DNA of 64,000 nucleotides, from assembly GCF_030936135.1 (NCBI RefSeq), contig NC_082594.1, forward strand, positions 19,522,879-19,586,878. The letters run 5' to 3'. Position 1 is the stretch's first letter. Each line of letters starts with the position of its first letter. Under the pieces are notes generated by a model that was not told the DNA's origin, searched no databases, and was given only the letters and a program-made list of their open reading frames with translations. Shown here piece by piece: positions 63,291-64,000 of the stretch. This DNA comes from Gavia stellata. Taxonomy: Eukaryota. A program made the translations under genes and the position numbers.

Positions 63291-64000
63291 CTTCTTTTCT
63301 GAGTAACCCGGTTAGAAGAAAGAGAGAGAGACAGGCGAACATGATTTTGAAGAATAATTCCTGAATCAAGAGTGTATGGTTAATCTAAATTATAAGAGGA
63401 GACGTATTACACTAATGTATCTGAATATAGGCTATTTATTTATATGTCTGTGAAGCAAAATACAGAAGATTGTAAGTAGAGTTGATTGCTAAAGTTTAAT
63501 GGGATATATACACTTGGTAAAAGGTTAATAGTGCTCTGGCAAAAATGTAAATTTGTCAATACATTTAATAGTAAGTGTCAAATAAGTTCTTTTGAAGCTT
63601 TCCTCCTCCAGGCTTGTTTAGCAATGTAGGATCTTTTAGACCATTATCAATCTATTTCTGAAAGAAAGAGATACTATTATTTTGCCTCTCCAAAGGTGCT
63701 TTCCTTAGTATGTTTGCTAAAACTTATTTACAAAAGAAGTTCAGGAATGGCTGTATTACCTGGTATTCATTGTTAGCTTTTTAATATGGAAAATGGATTT
63801 TCTTAAGTTTGGTGCTAGCTTTTGTCATACATCTGTTTAAAGAGACTGCAGGTTTAATCAATAAAGGTGACCACATTGATTTCATAGGACATGTCTCTGC
63901 TTTTCAGTTAAGCTTGGTGCAGGAGGCCCTGAGTTTGCCACTTGTCTGTCTATATCAGCAACATGCGGAGTCCAAGCTAATAAGCCTTGCCTCTCAACAA

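Noticed and set aside
1-64000. Prokaryote-style features (operons, CRISPR arrays, defence islands, RBS/terminators)
   Set aside because: The sequence is vertebrate nuclear DNA: spliced genes with GT-AG introns, CpG islands and CR1 LINEs. The ORF track's alternative-start bacterial-style ORFs are useful only as frame guides.

Overview
This window is vertebrate nuclear DNA, almost certainly avian, not prokaryotic. It is AT-rich, has long introns and two CpG islands, and carries several CR1 (chicken-repeat-1) LINE fragments with the typical 3' hairpin and octamer tail. Three genes are present. CENPJ (CPAP) lies on the minus strand at the left edge; its first coding exon and one internal exon are in the window. 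PARP4 (vault PARP) lies on the plus strand across roughly 5.0-57.8 kb and is essentially complete: I resolved 34 coding exons with consistent splice phases, covering the BRCT, PARP catalytic, VIT, vWA and MVP-binding regions. The first exon of MPHOSPH8 lies on the plus strand at ~59.9-60.2 kb in a second CpG island. CENPJ and PARP4 sit head-to-head around one CpG island at ~4.3-5.2 kb. I found no CRISPR array, operon or mobile defence locus and no sign of a novel system in the prokaryotic sense. The most unusual structures are: a ~2.4 kb imperfect tandem duplication inside PARP4 that contains the large low-complexity exon plus a decayed pseudo-exon copy; an apparent non-canonical GC splice donor; a CR1 internal fragment lacking its 3' end; and a ~0.5 kb segment in MPHOSPH8 intron 1 that is open on both strands. 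Exon coordinates were checked for reading phase against the ORF track where possible but may be off by 1-2 nt. Gene identities rest on recalled protein sequences, not on a database search.
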